A stretch of 54,582 nt of DNA from Sphingomonadales bacterium (GCA_038258615.1 JBBSPR010000001.1:1-54582); one strand, 5' to 3'. Positions 33,897-45,566 are shown, counted from the stretch's first letter. Notes: generated from the sequence alone by a model not told the origin. Numbers and translations: made by a program.

Positions 33897-34176
33897 GTCA
33901 GAGGGGGGCAACTAGGCGCTTGGCTTCCGGCATGCAACCGGCTGGCGACGCGGATTCAAGGTGCGCGCCCGGTTGCGCCGCTGGCAGGAATGCGCAATTA
34001 ATAGGTTGGGTTTGCCATGGGGGTGGCAATTCGCAGGGTCTCGCAGGGTCTCGACGCGTGCTGTTCACCCCCGGGCCATGGGACAGGCGCAATATTGGCG
34101 TCACGTTCCGGGGTTTGGCCCTGAAGATGAACCGACGTCCATCCGGGCTTTTGCTCGCTGCAAGAATGAGGTTGCA

Positions 34177-35316
34177 ATGACAGTGATCGACATCACCAAA
34201 TCCCGCACCGGCAGCTCACGCGTGATGCTGCTTGCCGCCGTGTTCGGCCTCGGCTTGGCCGCGCCCGCTGCGGCCGCTGTCTCGCCTGCCGTGGGCAAGG
34301 CGTTGCAGGCGGCGCAGACTGCAGCCAAGGCCGGGAACAATGCCGCCGCGATCAACGCCATCAACCAGGCGCGCGCTGCTGCGAAGACCGCCGAGGAGAA
34401 GGACAAGAGCGCGCAGATGGCCGCCTATGTCTTCACCCGCGCCGGCCGTTACGGCGATGCCGCCTCGGCCCTGCAGTCGGTGGGTGCCGGTCCAAGCCAG
34501 TTGGCGCCGCTCTATTACCGTGCCGGCCAGTATGACAAGGCGATCGCCGAAGCGCGCAAGGGCGGCGGCGAGCAGATGCAGATCCTCATTGCCCAGGCGC
34601 TGATGCGCAAGGGCGATAACAAGGGTGCAGTGGCGGCCTATCAGGGGCTCATCAAGGCCAATGGTCCCAAGCCGATGTACCTCGAGAACCTGGCCGGCAT
34701 GCAGTTCAAGGCGGGCGACAAGGCTGGCTATCTCGCCACCACCGAGCGGCTGGTGCGCGCCGACAGCTCGCCGAAGCGCTGGCAGACACTGCTGGCGAAC
34801 TTCCGGCAGAACCCGCTGCGGCCCGAAGCCAAGCTGGCCATGTATCACCTGATGCAGGCGACCGGGAACCTTACTTCATCGGAAGACCAGATCGAGTTCG
34901 CCAAGCTGGCGCTGGTGGCCAACCAGGCCGGCACCGCAAAGGCAGCGCTCGGCACTGCCGAGATCGGTTCGGATGCCATGTCGCAGCGGCTGGTGCAGGC
35001 GGCGAACCAGATGGCAACAAAGGCCGTTGCCGAAGCGCCGAAGCTCGCCGCCAGCCCGTCCACCGCGTTCAAGGGCGGCGGTGCCTATTTTGGCCAGGGC
35101 CAATATGCCAAGGCGATGCAGGCCTATGACGTTGCAGCCAAGGACGGCGGTGCAGTCGGCGACCAGGCGATGCTGTTCAAGGGCATCGCCGCGCTGAAGG
35201 CGGGCAATGTCGCGGCCGGTCGCAAGGCCTTCGACGGCGTGGGCGAGAAGTTCGGCATGTTCGAGATCGCGCATCTCTGGGATCTCTACGCCCAGACCCG
35301 TGGTCGGGCCGCCTGA
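34177..35316 (+). CDS. Exported TPR-like helical-repeat protein
   Basis: Signal peptide (AAPAAAA); Ala-rich helical repeats such as YYRAGQYDKAI and YFGQGQYAKA; GAGG SD. Confidence 0.7.
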   Translation: MTVIDITKSRTGSSRVMLLAAVFGLGLAAPAAAAVSPAVGKALQAAQTAAKAGNNAAAINAINQARAAAKTAEEKDKSAQMAAYVFTRAGRYGDAASALQSVGAGPSQLAPLYYRAGQYDKAIAEARKGGGEQMQILIAQALMRKGDNKGAVAAYQGLIKANGPKPMYLENLAGMQFKAGDKAGYLATTERLVRADSSPKRWQTLLANFRQNPLRPEAKLAMYHLMQATGNLTSSEDQIEFAKLALVANQAGTAKAALGTAEIGSDAMSQRLVQAANQMATKAVAEAPKLAASPSTAFKGGGAYFGQGQYAKAMQAYDVAAKDGGAVGDQAMLFKGIAALKAGNVAAGRKAFDGVGEKFGMFEIAHLWDLYAQTRGRAA

Positions 35317-35352
35317 CCGTCCACCGCTCATCGCGACACCGCGGATGACATG

Positions 35353-35390
35353 AAAAAGGCCGGGTGGACCTCCAGTCCATCCGGCCTTTT
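35353..35390. terminator. Bidirectional intrinsic terminator between the TPR gene and bfr
   Basis: AAAAAGGCCGGGTGGAC-loop-GTCCATCCGGCCTTTT between convergent genes. Confidence 0.85.
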
Positions 35391-35424
35391 CCTGTGATAC
35401 TCGCGGTGGATCAATCAGTAGCGG

Positions 35425-35904
35425 TCAGTCAGTAGCGGGGCGGGACTGGAGCTGCAGATAATTGTGCAGGCCCATCTGCTCGATCATGGTCTTTTGCGTC
35501 TCGATGAAATCGACATGCTCTTCCTCGGCGCGGAGGATTTCGGCGAACAGATCCCGGCTCGGATAATCGCGCACCGTCTCGCTGTGCTGAACGGCATCGC
35601 GCAGCAGGGCGATGGCCTCATGCTCGAGCTCGAGATCGGCCTGCAGCACTTCGGGAACGGTTTCGCCGATGCGCAGGCGGCCAAGCGTCTGCATCCCGGG
35701 CAAGCCATCGAGAAAGAAGATGCGCTCCATCAGCCGGTCGGCATGCTTCATCTCGTCGATCGACTCATGCCGCTCATAATCGGCGAGGCGCTTGATGCCG
35801 AGATTGTCGAGAAGCCGGTAGTGCAGCCAATATTGATTGACGGCGGTCAGCTCGCCTTTCAGCACGGCGTTGAGATATTCGATGACTTTTGCATCGCCCT
35901 TCAT
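35425..35904 (-). CDS. bfr: Bacterioferritin
   Basis: MKGDAKVIEYLN, ELTAVNQYWLH, ESIDEMKHAD, EEEH; AAGGAG SD. Confidence 0.96.
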   Translation of the reverse strand: MKGDAKVIEYLNAVLKGELTAVNQYWLHYRLLDNLGIKRLADYERHESIDEMKHADRLMERIFFLDGLPGMQTLGRLRIGETVPEVLQADLELEHEAIALLRDAVQHSETVRDYPSRDLFAEILRAEEEHVDFIETQKTMIEQMGLHNYLQLQSRPATD

Positions 35905-36011
35905 GGCGCAACTCCTTTTCGGTTGCACCGGATATGCCGGGAACTGGGCGGCAACGTCAAGCAATGCCCCACGAAAGGGGCAATAATGCGCTGATTTTGC
36001 TTAGTTATTCT

Positions 36012-36026
36012 TGCAAAGTGTTTGCA
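36012..36026. promoter_or_regulatory. Candidate alphaproteobacterial Fur-type box upstream of bfr
   Basis: Palindrome TGCAAAGTGTTTGCA (TGCRA-N5-TYGCA). Confidence 0.45.
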
Positions 36027-36108
36027 CTAGCGCAAAATCGGATGAAATCGGTGCGAATGCAACGCAGCAGTGCTGCAAGTGCGATGCAATCCGACCAATC
36101 GAATCAAG

Positions 36109-36288
36109 TCAGGCAGCAGCGCCGGCGAGCTCGGCGCGCACGACATCGCGAGCGAACGGCAGGCACTGGCCGCACTTCACCTTGCAACCGAGTGCTGCAT
36201 AAGCGGTGCGGGCACAATCACGGCCCGAAGCGCGGGCGGCTTCACGGACCTGGCGTTCTCGAAGGGCGTTGCAGACACAAACGATCAC
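36109..36288 (-). CDS. bfd: Bacterioferritin-associated ferredoxin
   Basis: VCVCNA...CGQC; GTG start with GAGG SD; upstream of bfr. Confidence 0.88.
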   Translation of the reverse strand: MIVCVCNALRERQVREAARASGRDCARTAYAALGCKVKCGQCLPFARDVVRAELAGAAA

Positions 36289-36360
36289 TATCGGCCTCGC
36301 ACATCCCAACCGGGCGAATCCCTGCTGTTGAGAACCGATATCGCCCATGGCGGCACAAGT

Positions 36361-36375
36361 TGCAAGTCATTCGCA
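36361..36375. promoter_or_regulatory. Candidate Fur-type box overlapping the bfd -35 element
   Basis: TGCAAGTCATTCGCA; overlaps minus-strand TTGCAA-N17-GATATC. Confidence 0.6.
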
Positions 36376-36407
36376 TTCGCCCTTGTGCGATTTTCCGCGC
36401 GCTGCGG

Positions 36408-38213
36408 TCAGCGCCGTCCGAACAGCTTTTCGATATCGGTGAGCGCCAGCCGCACGAAGGTGGGGCGGCCATGGTTGCACTGGCCCGAATGCGGGGTGAT
36501 CTCCATCTGGCGGAGCAGCGCGTTCATCTCGGGGACCGACAGCAGGCGACCAGCGCGCACGCTGCCATGGCAGGCCATGGTCGAGGCAACGGCATCAAGC
36601 CGATCGCGCAGGCTGAGCGCCTCCCCCCAATGCGCCAGATCGGCGGCGAGATCGAGCACCAGCGCCCGGGCATCGGTGCGGCCGAGCAGCGCCGGGGTGG
36701 CGCGCACCAGCACCGCCTGCGGGCCGAAGCTTTCCAGCTCGAGCCCCAGTTCGGCCAGTTCGTCGGCGCGGGCGATGATGCGCGCGGCCGAAGGCTCGTC
36801 CAGCTCGACGGTTTCGGGCACCAGCAGCGCCTGGGCGGCGACCCGGCCGCCGGCGAGCGCTGACTTCATCCGCTCGAGGGTCAGACGCTCATGCGCGGCA
36901 TGCTGATCGACGAGGATCAGCGCGTCATCGGTTTCGGCGACAATATAGGTGCCGGCGATCTGGCCACGCGCCGCGCCCAGCGGGAACTGCCGGGCGGGCG
37001 GTGGGGCAGCCTGGGTATCGGCAGGGGTGGCCAGCGGTGCGAAGGCGGGCGGAAACTGGCTGAACAGGCGCGGTGGCTCGGCGAAATTGGGGCCGTGATC
37101 CTGGCCGGGGCCGGCGACATGGGCATCCCATAGAGCAGTCTGCGCCGGCGCGGCCAAGGCTGGTGTTGCAAAGGCCGCGAGGGCCGCAGCGCTGATATTC
37201 GCAGCAGGCCGCTGGCCGGCGGCATCAAGCGCGCGGCGGATCCCCGACACGATCAGGCCGCGAATGAGCCCGGGATCGCGGAAGCGCACCTCGGTTTTGG
37301 CAGGGTGGACGTTCACATCGACGAAATCGGTCGGCACATCGAGGAACAGCACCGCCACCGGATGCCGGTCGCGCGCCAGCAGGTCCATATAGGCGCCGCG
37401 CAGGGCGCCGACGAGGAGCTTGTCCTTGACCGGGCGCCGGTTGACGAACAGGAACTGCTGGTCGGCGGCGCCGCGGTTGAAGGTGGGAATGGCGGCCAGG
37501 CCGCCGAGCGCCACCCCCTCGCGCAGCAGATCGACCGCCACCGCGGATTCGACGAATTCGGCGCCCAGCAGCGCCGACAGCCGGGTGAGGATCGCGGCGG
37601 CCGAGGCATCGGGTCCGGCGGGCACCGCGATGAGCCGCCGGCCGTCATGGGTCAGGGTGAAGCCGACATCGGGCCGGGCCATCGCCAGCCGCCGGACGAC
37701 ATCGAGGCAGGCGCCGAGCTCGGAACGGGACGAACGCAGGAATTTCTGCCGTGCCGGCACTTTGGCAAACAGGCCTTCCATGGTGACCGTGGTGCCGGGC
37801 GGCTGGGCGGCTGGGCCTTCACCGGCCGGGCGGCCATGGTCGATGGCGAGCTGCCAGCCTTCGCCATCGGCGGTGCGGCTGGCGAGCCGCAGCCGTGACA
37901 CCGAAGCGATCGAGGGCAGCGCCTCGCCGCGAAAGCCCATCGTGGCGATGGCGGCAAGATCGTCATGGGGAAGCTTGGAAGTGGCGTGGCGCTCGACCGC
38001 AAGCTTGAGCGATTCCCGGTCCATGCCGCAGCCATCGTCGCCGACTTCGAGCAGCGTGGTGCCGCCATCGGCCAGCGTGATGGCGATGCGGCGGGCACCG
38101 GCATCGAGCGCATTCTCGACCAGCTCCTTGAGCGCTGCCGCCGGACGCTCGACAACCTCGCCGGCGGCGATCTGGTTGACGAGATTGTCGGGGAGGCGGC
38201 GGATGGGGGGCAC
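36408..38213 (-). CDS. mutL: DNA mismatch repair endonuclease MutL
   Basis: NQIAAGEVVERP, GFRGEAL, DQHAAHER, ACH, CNHGRP; GTG start. Confidence 0.96.
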   Translation of the reverse strand: MPPIRRLPDNLVNQIAAGEVVERPAAALKELVENALDAGARRIAITLADGGTTLLEVGDDGCGMDRESLKLAVERHATSKLPHDDLAAIATMGFRGEALPSIASVSRLRLASRTADGEGWQLAIDHGRPAGEGPAAQPPGTTVTMEGLFAKVPARQKFLRSSRSELGACLDVVRRLAMARPDVGFTLTHDGRRLIAVPAGPDASAAAILTRLSALLGAEFVESAVAVDLLREGVALGGLAAIPTFNRGAADQQFLFVNRRPVKDKLLVGALRGAYMDLLARDRHPVAVLFLDVPTDFVDVNVHPAKTEVRFRDPGLIRGLIVSGIRRALDAAGQRPAANISAAALAAFATPALAAPAQTALWDAHVAGPGQDHGPNFAEPPRLFSQFPPAFAPLATPADTQAAPPPARQFPLGAARGQIAGTYIVAETDDALILVDQHAAHERLTLERMKSALAGGRVAAQALLVPETVELDEPSAARIIARADELAELGLELESFGPQAVLVRATPALLGRTDARALVLDLAADLAHWGEALSLRDRLDAVASTMACHGSVRAGRLLSVPEMNALLRQMEITPHSGQCNHGRPTFVRLALTDIEKLFGRR

Positions 38214-38253
38214 GGCTCGCTTGTATGCGGCGCTGCGCCGGCTGTCACGGTGA

Positions 38254-39453
<1,200 letters not shown>

Positions 39454-39573
39454 GGCCGGCGGCCACACGTGCCACTGCCGCGCCCGGCTTGGGCATGGCC
39501 CAAGAAGTTGCTACATCGTTCCGAGCACCCGCAGCATCACGGGGAGCATCTTGAAGGACCCTGACCGATCCCG

Positions 39574-40539
39574 ATGGACTGGACGCCATCTCCCCGCCGG
39601 TCGAGTGCCATGCGGCGCGACCAGAACCTCGCCATCATCGGCGCGGTGGTGACCGGCGCTGTCATCGCGACGGGGCTGGTGATGCTGCTCATCGCGCGGG
39701 TGAGCCCGCAATTCGGCGCCGGCGTGCGCGCCGCGGCGGTCGATGTGGTGACGCCGCTCTGGTCGGTGGTGCGGGCACCCTTCGATGGTCTGGGTCGGGG
39801 CATCGACATGGCCAGCGGCTATTTCGGTGCTGTGCACCGTGCCGAGCAGCTGGAGGCCGAGGTCGCGCGCCTCCGGGCGAGGCTGCAGGCCGCCGAGGCC
39901 GACCAGATCGCCTTTCGGCAGCTTTCGCGGCTCGGCCGGCTGGAGAACCCGCAGCGGCGGCTCGTGGCCACCGCGCGGATCGTTTCGGCGAGCCAGGGCA
40001 CAGCCGTGCAGACGGCGCTGATCGCCGCCGGTCGCAACCAGGGGGTGCGGCCCGGCCAGCCGGTGATCGCCGCGAAAGGGCTGATCGGCCGCACCATCGA
40101 GACCGGGCTGGGCTCATCCCGACTGCTGCTGCTCACCGACCCGCAGAGCCGGGTGCCGGTGCTTGTGCAGCGCACCGGGCAGGCGGCACTGGTGAGCGGC
40201 GATGGCGGGCCGTTGCTGGTGCTGACCGACCAGGCGGGCCCACAGGACCCGCTGCAGCGCGGAGACCGGCTGCTGACATCGGGCGAAGGCGGCATCTTTC
40301 CCCCCGGCGTGCCGGTCGGCGTCGTGACCGATGCCGCCGAGCCGATCCGCGTGCGCCCCGCGGCCTCGCCGCTGGGGGCAGGCTTCGTGCGGATCGAGGC
40401 GGCTTATGCTGCCCTGCCCGCCACCGCCGACACGCTTCCGATCACCGACGCGCCAGTGCCGGTCGAGGCGCAGCGGGTCGGCGGGATCAAGGGAACGGTG
40501 CGCGGGATCGACGCTCCTGCCGGCGGCGGACAGGGCTGA
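39574..40539 (+). CDS. mreC: Rod shape-determining protein MreC
   Basis: TM helix, coiled coil, GLIGR, TSGEGGIFPPGVPVG; operon position. Confidence 0.9.
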   Translation: MDWTPSPRRSSAMRRDQNLAIIGAVVTGAVIATGLVMLLIARVSPQFGAGVRAAAVDVVTPLWSVVRAPFDGLGRGIDMASGYFGAVHRAEQLEAEVARLRARLQAAEADQIAFRQLSRLGRLENPQRRLVATARIVSASQGTAVQTALIAAGRNQGVRPGQPVIAAKGLIGRTIETGLGSSRLLLLTDPQSRVPVLVQRTGQAALVSGDGGPLLVLTDQAGPQDPLQRGDRLLTSGEGGIFPPGVPVGVVTDAAEPIRVRPAASPLGAGFVRIEAAYAALPATADTLPITDAPVPVEAQRVGGIKGTVRGIDAPAGGGQG

Positions 40540-41087
40540 TGCGCGGCGCTGCCCCCCCGCTGCGGCTGATGAACCCGCGCGAGCGCCGGCGCTTCTGGCT
40601 CGGCCACTGGCGGCTCGGGCTGCCGGCGCTGTCGGTGCTCGGGCTGCTGCTGCTGGCCACGGCACCGCTGCCGCTCAGCCTGCCGCTGATGCCGCCGCTG
40701 GGGTTGCTCGGCGTGTTCGTATGGGCCACGTTCCAGCCCGGCCTGATGCCGCCGTGGCTGGCCTTTCTGCTCGGCCTGGTGGCGGATGTGCTGCTTGCCA
40801 TGCCGTTCGGAGTGAACGCGACGCTGTTTGCGGCGGTGGCGGGTTTCGTGCGCTGGTTCGAAAGCCGCTATGGCCATCACACACATGGCTTCGACTGGGC
40901 GATGGCGGCCGGCGTCGTTGCTGCCCATGCGCTGCTCACGGCGCAATTGATGACGCTGGCCTCGCATCCGGTGCCGCTGGCGCCGCTCGTCCTGCAATGG
41001 CTCACCAGCCTGTTCGCCTATCCGGCGGTGGCAGCACTTTGCGGCTGGCTGCAGCGCGCGGTGTTCGGCGCCCGCACGGCAACATGA
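40539..41087 (+). CDS. mreD: Rod shape-determining protein MreD
   Basis: Polytopic membrane protein, FLLGLVADVL, between mreC and mrdA. Confidence 0.85.
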   Translation: MRGAAPPLRLMNPRERRRFWLGHWRLGLPALSVLGLLLLATAPLPLSLPLMPPLGLLGVFVWATFQPGLMPPWLAFLLGLVADVLLAMPFGVNATLFAAVAGFVRWFESRYGHHTHGFDWAMAAGVVAAHALLTAQLMTLASHPVPLAPLVLQWLTSLFAYPAVAALCGWLQRAVFGARTAT

Positions 41088-41097
41088 TGCGCGTGCC

Positions 41098-43098
41098 ATG
41101 ATGATAGGGCCACCGCGAGAAGCACGCTTCAGCCGCCGTGCGCTGCTGCTCGGCGGCGGCATGGGCCTTGTCGGCACCACGCTGGCTGGCCGCATGGCCT
41201 GGCTGGCGCTGTTCGAGGGCGACCGCTATGCCGCAGCCGCCGACAGCAACCGCATCCGCGACCGGATCGTGCCGCCGCGCCGCGGCTGGATTGTCGATCG
41301 CACGGGCAAGCCGCTGGCAGTGAACCGCCCCGACTATCGGCTGGAGCTGATCCCCAAGGAGGTCGAGGACCTCGATGCAGCACTGGCCCGCATTGCACAG
41401 GTGCTGCCGATCGGGCTGGAAGACGAGCTGCGCATTCGCGCCGATCTCGCGATCCAGCCCTCCTGGATGCCGGTGGAGGTGGCACGCGATCTCGATTGGC
41501 CGGCCTATGCCGCGCTCAATGTGCAGGTGGCCGATGTGCCCGGCCTGCAGCCGGTGCGGGTGTTCAGCCGCCATTACCCCGATGGCGAGCGCTTTGCGCA
41601 TCTGCTCGGCTATGTCGGCCCGCCCTCGCCCGAACAATATGAGAAGGAGAAGGACCCGCTGCTGATCTTTCCCGGATTTCGGATCGGCAAGGACGGCATC
41701 GAACGGCATGAGGACCGGGTGCTGCGCGGCAAGCCCGGCTCGACCCGCGAGGAGGTGACCGCGCGCGGCCGGGTGATCCGCGAGCTGGGCCAGACGCCCG
41801 ACCAGCCCGGCGCCACGCTGAAGCTCACCATCGACCGCGATCTGCAAAGCTATGCCGCCCGCCGGCTGGGAGACAACAGCGCCAGCGTGATCGTGATCGA
41901 TTGCGTGACCGGCGATCTGCTCACCATGGTGTCGATGCCGGCGTTCGACCCCAATGTGTTTTCCACCCGCGTGCCGACCAGCCTCTGGAAGGCATTGCAG
42001 GTCGATGACCACACGCCGCTGCTCAACAAGAGCGCGATGGGCGTCTATCCGCCCGGCAGCACCTTCAAGATGGTGACGATGCTGGCAGCACTCGAGGCCG
42101 GCATCCCGCCCGATGCCAGCGTCAACTGCTCGGGCCGCTACCCGATGGGCGGCAATGTGTGGCACTGCCACGCCCGGCGCGGCCATGGCCGGGTGAGCAT
42201 GGCCACCGCCTTGCCCAAGAGCTGCGACACATGGTTCTATCATTTCGGCCGCGAGGTCGGCATCGAGCGGATCGCCGCCATGGCGCGGCGGCTCGGGTTG
42301 GGCCAGGAATTCGAGCTGCCGCTCCCCGGACAGGCAAGCGGGCTGGTGCCCGACAATGACTGGAAGCAGCGCCGCTACGACAAGCCGTGGAACGTCGCCG
42401 AAACGCTCAACTGCTCGATCGGCCAGGGCTATCTGATCGTCAACCCACTGCAGCTGGGCGTGATGACGGCGCGCATCGCCTCGGGTCTGGCGGTGCAGCC
42501 CCGGCTGCTGCTGCCACAGGCCGGCGACGCGGCGCCGGCGTTTCCGGCGCTGGGCATCGACCCGGAGCATCTGGCGATGGTGCGCCAGGGCATGTTCGAT
42601 GTGGTCAACGCCGGCATCGGCACCGCAAGGGGAGCGCGCACCGGGCTGCCGGGCGTCGATGTCTGCGGCAAGACCGGCACTGCGCAGGTGCGGCGCATCA
42701 CCAGGGCCGAGCGGCGCAGCGGCGTGCTGCGCAACGAGGCGCTGGCATGGAAATATCGCGACCATGCGCTTTTCGTCGCCTATGCGCCGGCCGATGCGCC
42801 GCGCTATGCCGTGAGCGTGATCATCGAGCATGGCATCGCCGGCGGCCGCTACGCCGCCCCCATCGCACGCGACGTGCTGACCTTCCTGTATGATCGCGAC
42901 CGCGCGATGAAGGCGCTGGAGCCGATCGAGCGCGCGCTGGCTGCCAAGCGCGCGTCCGCTGCCCGCGCCGAGGCTGCCGAGGCCCTGGCCGCCGAGGAGG
43001 CCCGGCTGATGCCCGCCTGGCTCCGCGCCGATGCCCCGCCGCCCAATCCACCGGTCAGCACCGGCGATACCCCGCAGCCGCCGCGCGACACGGTGTAG
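41098..43098 (+). CDS. mrdA: Penicillin-binding protein 2
   Basis: YPPGSTFK, SCD, KTGTAQ; PPRRGWIVDR pedestal. Confidence 0.95.
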   Translation: MMIGPPREARFSRRALLLGGGMGLVGTTLAGRMAWLALFEGDRYAAAADSNRIRDRIVPPRRGWIVDRTGKPLAVNRPDYRLELIPKEVEDLDAALARIAQVLPIGLEDELRIRADLAIQPSWMPVEVARDLDWPAYAALNVQVADVPGLQPVRVFSRHYPDGERFAHLLGYVGPPSPEQYEKEKDPLLIFPGFRIGKDGIERHEDRVLRGKPGSTREEVTARGRVIRELGQTPDQPGATLKLTIDRDLQSYAARRLGDNSASVIVIDCVTGDLLTMVSMPAFDPNVFSTRVPTSLWKALQVDDHTPLLNKSAMGVYPPGSTFKMVTMLAALEAGIPPDASVNCSGRYPMGGNVWHCHARRGHGRVSMATALPKSCDTWFYHFGREVGIERIAAMARRLGLGQEFELPLPGQASGLVPDNDWKQRRYDKPWNVAETLNCSIGQGYLIVNPLQLGVMTARIASGLAVQPRLLLPQAGDAAPAFPALGIDPEHLAMVRQGMFDVVNAGIGTARGARTGLPGVDVCGKTGTAQVRRITRAERRSGVLRNEALAWKYRDHALFVAYAPADAPRYAVSVIIEHGIAGGRYAAPIARDVLTFLYDRDRAMKALEPIERALAAKRASAARAEAAEALAAEEARLMPAWLRADAPPPNPPVSTGDTPQPPRDTV

Positions 43099-43101
43099 CC
43101 G

Positions 43102-44205
43102 ATGTTCAACGGTCCCTGGGCGCGCGAACTGGCACGGCTGCCCTGGGGGGTGATCGCCGTGATCGCGCTTCTCGCCGGCTTCGGCATGGTCATCCTCTAT
43201 TCGGCCGGCGGCGGCGCGCTGCAGCCCTGGGCATTGAAGCACGGTGTGCGCTTCGGGGTGCTCGGCACGATGATGCTCGTGCTGGCGCAGGTGCGACCGA
43301 GCTTCTGGATGCGCCATGCCTTCCTGATCTACGGGGTGCTGCTGGTGGCGCTGCTCGGGGTCGAGCTGAAAGGCCAGGTCAATGGCGGCAGCCAGCGCTG
43401 GCTCGATCTCGGCGTCATCCAGCTACAGCCTTCCGAACTGATGAAGCTCGGCATCGTGCTGGCGGTGGCACGCTTCTACCACTCCCTGCCGCGCGGTTTC
43501 GAGACCACGCCGATGGCGCTGTGGCCGCCGCTGGTGCTCATCGCCCTGCCCTTCGCGCTGGTGATGCTGCAGCCCGACCTCGGCACCGCAACCTCGATCG
43601 CGGTCGGCGGGGTGGCGGTGATGTTCCTCGCCGGCGTGCGCATGTGGCTGTTCGGCGGTGCCGCACTGGCGATGGCAGCGGCAGCGCCCTTCGCCTGGGG
43701 CCTGCTCCATGATTACCAGAAGCGCCGGGTGATGATCTTCCTCGATCCGTCGGTCGATCCGCGCGGGGCGGGCTATCACATCACCCAGAGCAAGATCGCC
43801 ATCGGCTCGGGTGGCCTGAGCGGCAAGGGCTTTCTGGAGGGCACGCAGAGCCATCTCGACTATCTGCCGGAGCTGCAGACCGATTTCATCTTCGCGACCA
43901 TGGCCGAGGAATGGGGCCTGCTGGGAGGGCTCGCCGTGATGGCCGGCTTCGCCTTCATCCTCGCCTGGGGCACCGGTGTGGCGATGCGGGCCGCCACACA
44001 GTTCGAGCGGCTGCTGGGCATGGGACTGGTGGTGACGCTATTCTTCTATGTGGCGGTGAACCTGATGATGGTGATGGGGCTGGCGCCAGTCGTCGGCATC
44101 CCGCTGCCGCTGGTGAGCTGGGGCGGCTCGGCGATGATGACCGTGTGCATTCTGCTCGGCATCCTCATGGGGGTGCACCGCGAACGGACATTTGCAGCCG
44201 CATAG
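43102..44205 (+). CDS. rodA: SEDS glycosyltransferase RodA
   Basis: QPSELMK, QPDLGT, QSKIAIGSGG, TDFIF, GIPLPLVSWGGS. Confidence 0.95.
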   Translation: MFNGPWARELARLPWGVIAVIALLAGFGMVILYSAGGGALQPWALKHGVRFGVLGTMMLVLAQVRPSFWMRHAFLIYGVLLVALLGVELKGQVNGGSQRWLDLGVIQLQPSELMKLGIVLAVARFYHSLPRGFETTPMALWPPLVLIALPFALVMLQPDLGTATSIAVGGVAVMFLAGVRMWLFGGAALAMAAAAPFAWGLLHDYQKRRVMIFLDPSVDPRGAGYHITQSKIAIGSGGLSGKGFLEGTQSHLDYLPELQTDFIFATMAEEWGLLGGLAVMAGFAFILAWGTGVAMRAATQFERLLGMGLVVTLFFYVAVNLMMVMGLAPVVGIPLPLVSWGGSAMMTVCILLGILMGVHRERTFAAA

Positions 44206-44269
44206 GGGTGGACAGGCCGGAAACCGCCTGCTAACAGCCCGCCCTCGCCACGATGCAAATCACGGTGAC

Positions 44270-44345
<76 letters not shown>

Positions 44346-44420
44346 TTTTTCGGCAGCCTGGTCGCCGATGCCCCCGCTCCATCTTCCGACAGGCCGCGTG
44401 AGCCGGGTCCTCTGCGCGTG

Positions 44421-45473
44421 TCAGCCCTTGATCGCCACCTTGGTCCCGGCCTTCACGGCCTTGGCAAGGGCAGCGGCATCCCAGTTGGTCAGCCGCACGC
44501 AACCGTTGCTCGCCGTCTTGCCGATCATCCGCGGGTCCGGTGTGCCGTGGATGCCATAGGTATCCAGCGTCAGGTCGATCCATGACGAGCCGACCGGATT
44601 GTTGGGGCCGGGCTTGATGGTGAGCTTGTCCTGTTTGCCACCTTTCGCCTTGAAGCTGAGGCGGCTCGGATCGAACGTGTAGTTGGGTGCCGGTGCCACT
44701 GTGCGCACTTCATAATTGCCCGTGGGCGCCGGCCGCTCGGCGCTGCCGACCGTCGCGGGATAAACCGCGACGATCTTGCCATCGGCATCCATCGCCCGCA
44801 GCTGGTTGCTGCTCTTGTCCACCCGCACCGAAGCGATTTCGGGCAAGGCGTCGCGACCGGTATCGGTGACGATGATCTCGGTTCCGGCACGGGAAAAGTC
44901 CACGCCGGGGTTCATGGCACGCAACAGCGCTTCGTCCATATGCGCGCGTTCGGCGAGCGATTCGGCCGCCGATTCCCAGGTCATGCTCGGCCGCGTCGCC
45001 ATTTCGGCATAGTCGCCGGGCTCGATCGGGGCTGCAAAGGGACCCGCCACATCATTGCGGGTGATCATGTAGCCGCGAATGACCGGCTCGGATTCACCCG
45101 CCGTCAGCCGTTCCCAGGTGGCGACATCAAGCTTGCCGTTGGTCGGCAAGCCTTCCGCTTTCTGAAATGCCACCAAGGCGCGGCGCATGTTGCTGCCCGC
45201 AGCACCGTCGATGACGCCCGGCGAGAAATGGCGCCGGTCGAGCAGCACCTGCGCGCGCACCAGCTGGCGCTTGATTGCCGCCGTATCACCGGCAGTGGCC
45301 CTGCCCTGGCCATTGATCGCTGCCGCCAGCGGCCCCTTGGCCGGCAATATGGTCGGCGCTCGCGCCGCGGCCGCAGTGATCGGGGTGGTGGGGGCGGTCT
45401 GCCCCGTGGCTGGAGCCTGTGCAGCGGCAATGACGACCAGCAACGACGTGCCGGCTAGAACTATACGCAACAT
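44421..45473 (-). CDS. L,D-transpeptidase (YkuD) with N-terminal peptidoglycan-binding domain
   Basis: Signal peptide; FSPGVIDG...[14 protein letters not shown]; YGIHGTP...SNGCVRL. Confidence 0.92.
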   Translation of the reverse strand: MLRIVLAGTSLLVVIAAAQAPATGQTAPTTPITAAAARAPTILPAKGPLAAAINGQGRATAGDTAAIKRQLVRAQVLLDRRHFSPGVIDGAAGSNMRRALVAFQKAEGLPTNGKLDVATWERLTAGESEPVIRGYMITRNDVAGPFAAPIEPGDYAEMATRPSMTWESAAESLAERAHMDEALLRAMNPGVDFSRAGTEIIVTDTGRDALPEIASVRVDKSSNQLRAMDADGKIVAVYPATVGSAERPAPTGNYEVRTVAPAPNYTFDPSRLSFKAKGGKQDKLTIKPGPNNPVGSSWIDLTLDTYGIHGTPDPRMIGKTASNGCVRLTNWDAAALAKAVKAGTKVAIKG

Positions 45474-45490
45474 CAACGGTTTCCCCCGGT

Positions 45491-45516
45491 GGAACTTGCA
45501 ACCATGGTCGCTCGTT
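45491..45516 (+). promoter_or_regulatory. EcfG/SigT-type promoter GGAAC-N17-CGTT for the carboxypeptidase gene
   Basis: Exact match to the alphaproteobacterial general-stress sigma consensus, 50 nt before the ATG. Confidence 0.75.
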
Positions 45517-45517
45517 G

Positions 45518-45543
45518 AACACGCATGCCCCCCTGCGGGTTCC
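45518..45543 (-). promoter_or_regulatory. EcfG/SigT-type promoter GGAAC-N17-TGTT for the L,D-transpeptidase gene
   Basis: Minus strand GGAAC (45543-45539), 17 nt, TGTT (45521-45518), 44 nt before the ATG. Confidence 0.65.
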
Positions 45544-45566
45544 ACGACAGCGCCGGAGCAAGGCCG

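Noticed and set aside
35415-35438. 10-bp direct repeat TCAGTAGCGG flanking the bfr stop
   Set aside because: Too short, no inserted element between the copies; probably slippage
35953-35960. AACGTCAA half-site resembling the LiuR box upstream of bfr
   Set aside because: Other half absent; better explained as a TTGACG -35 element
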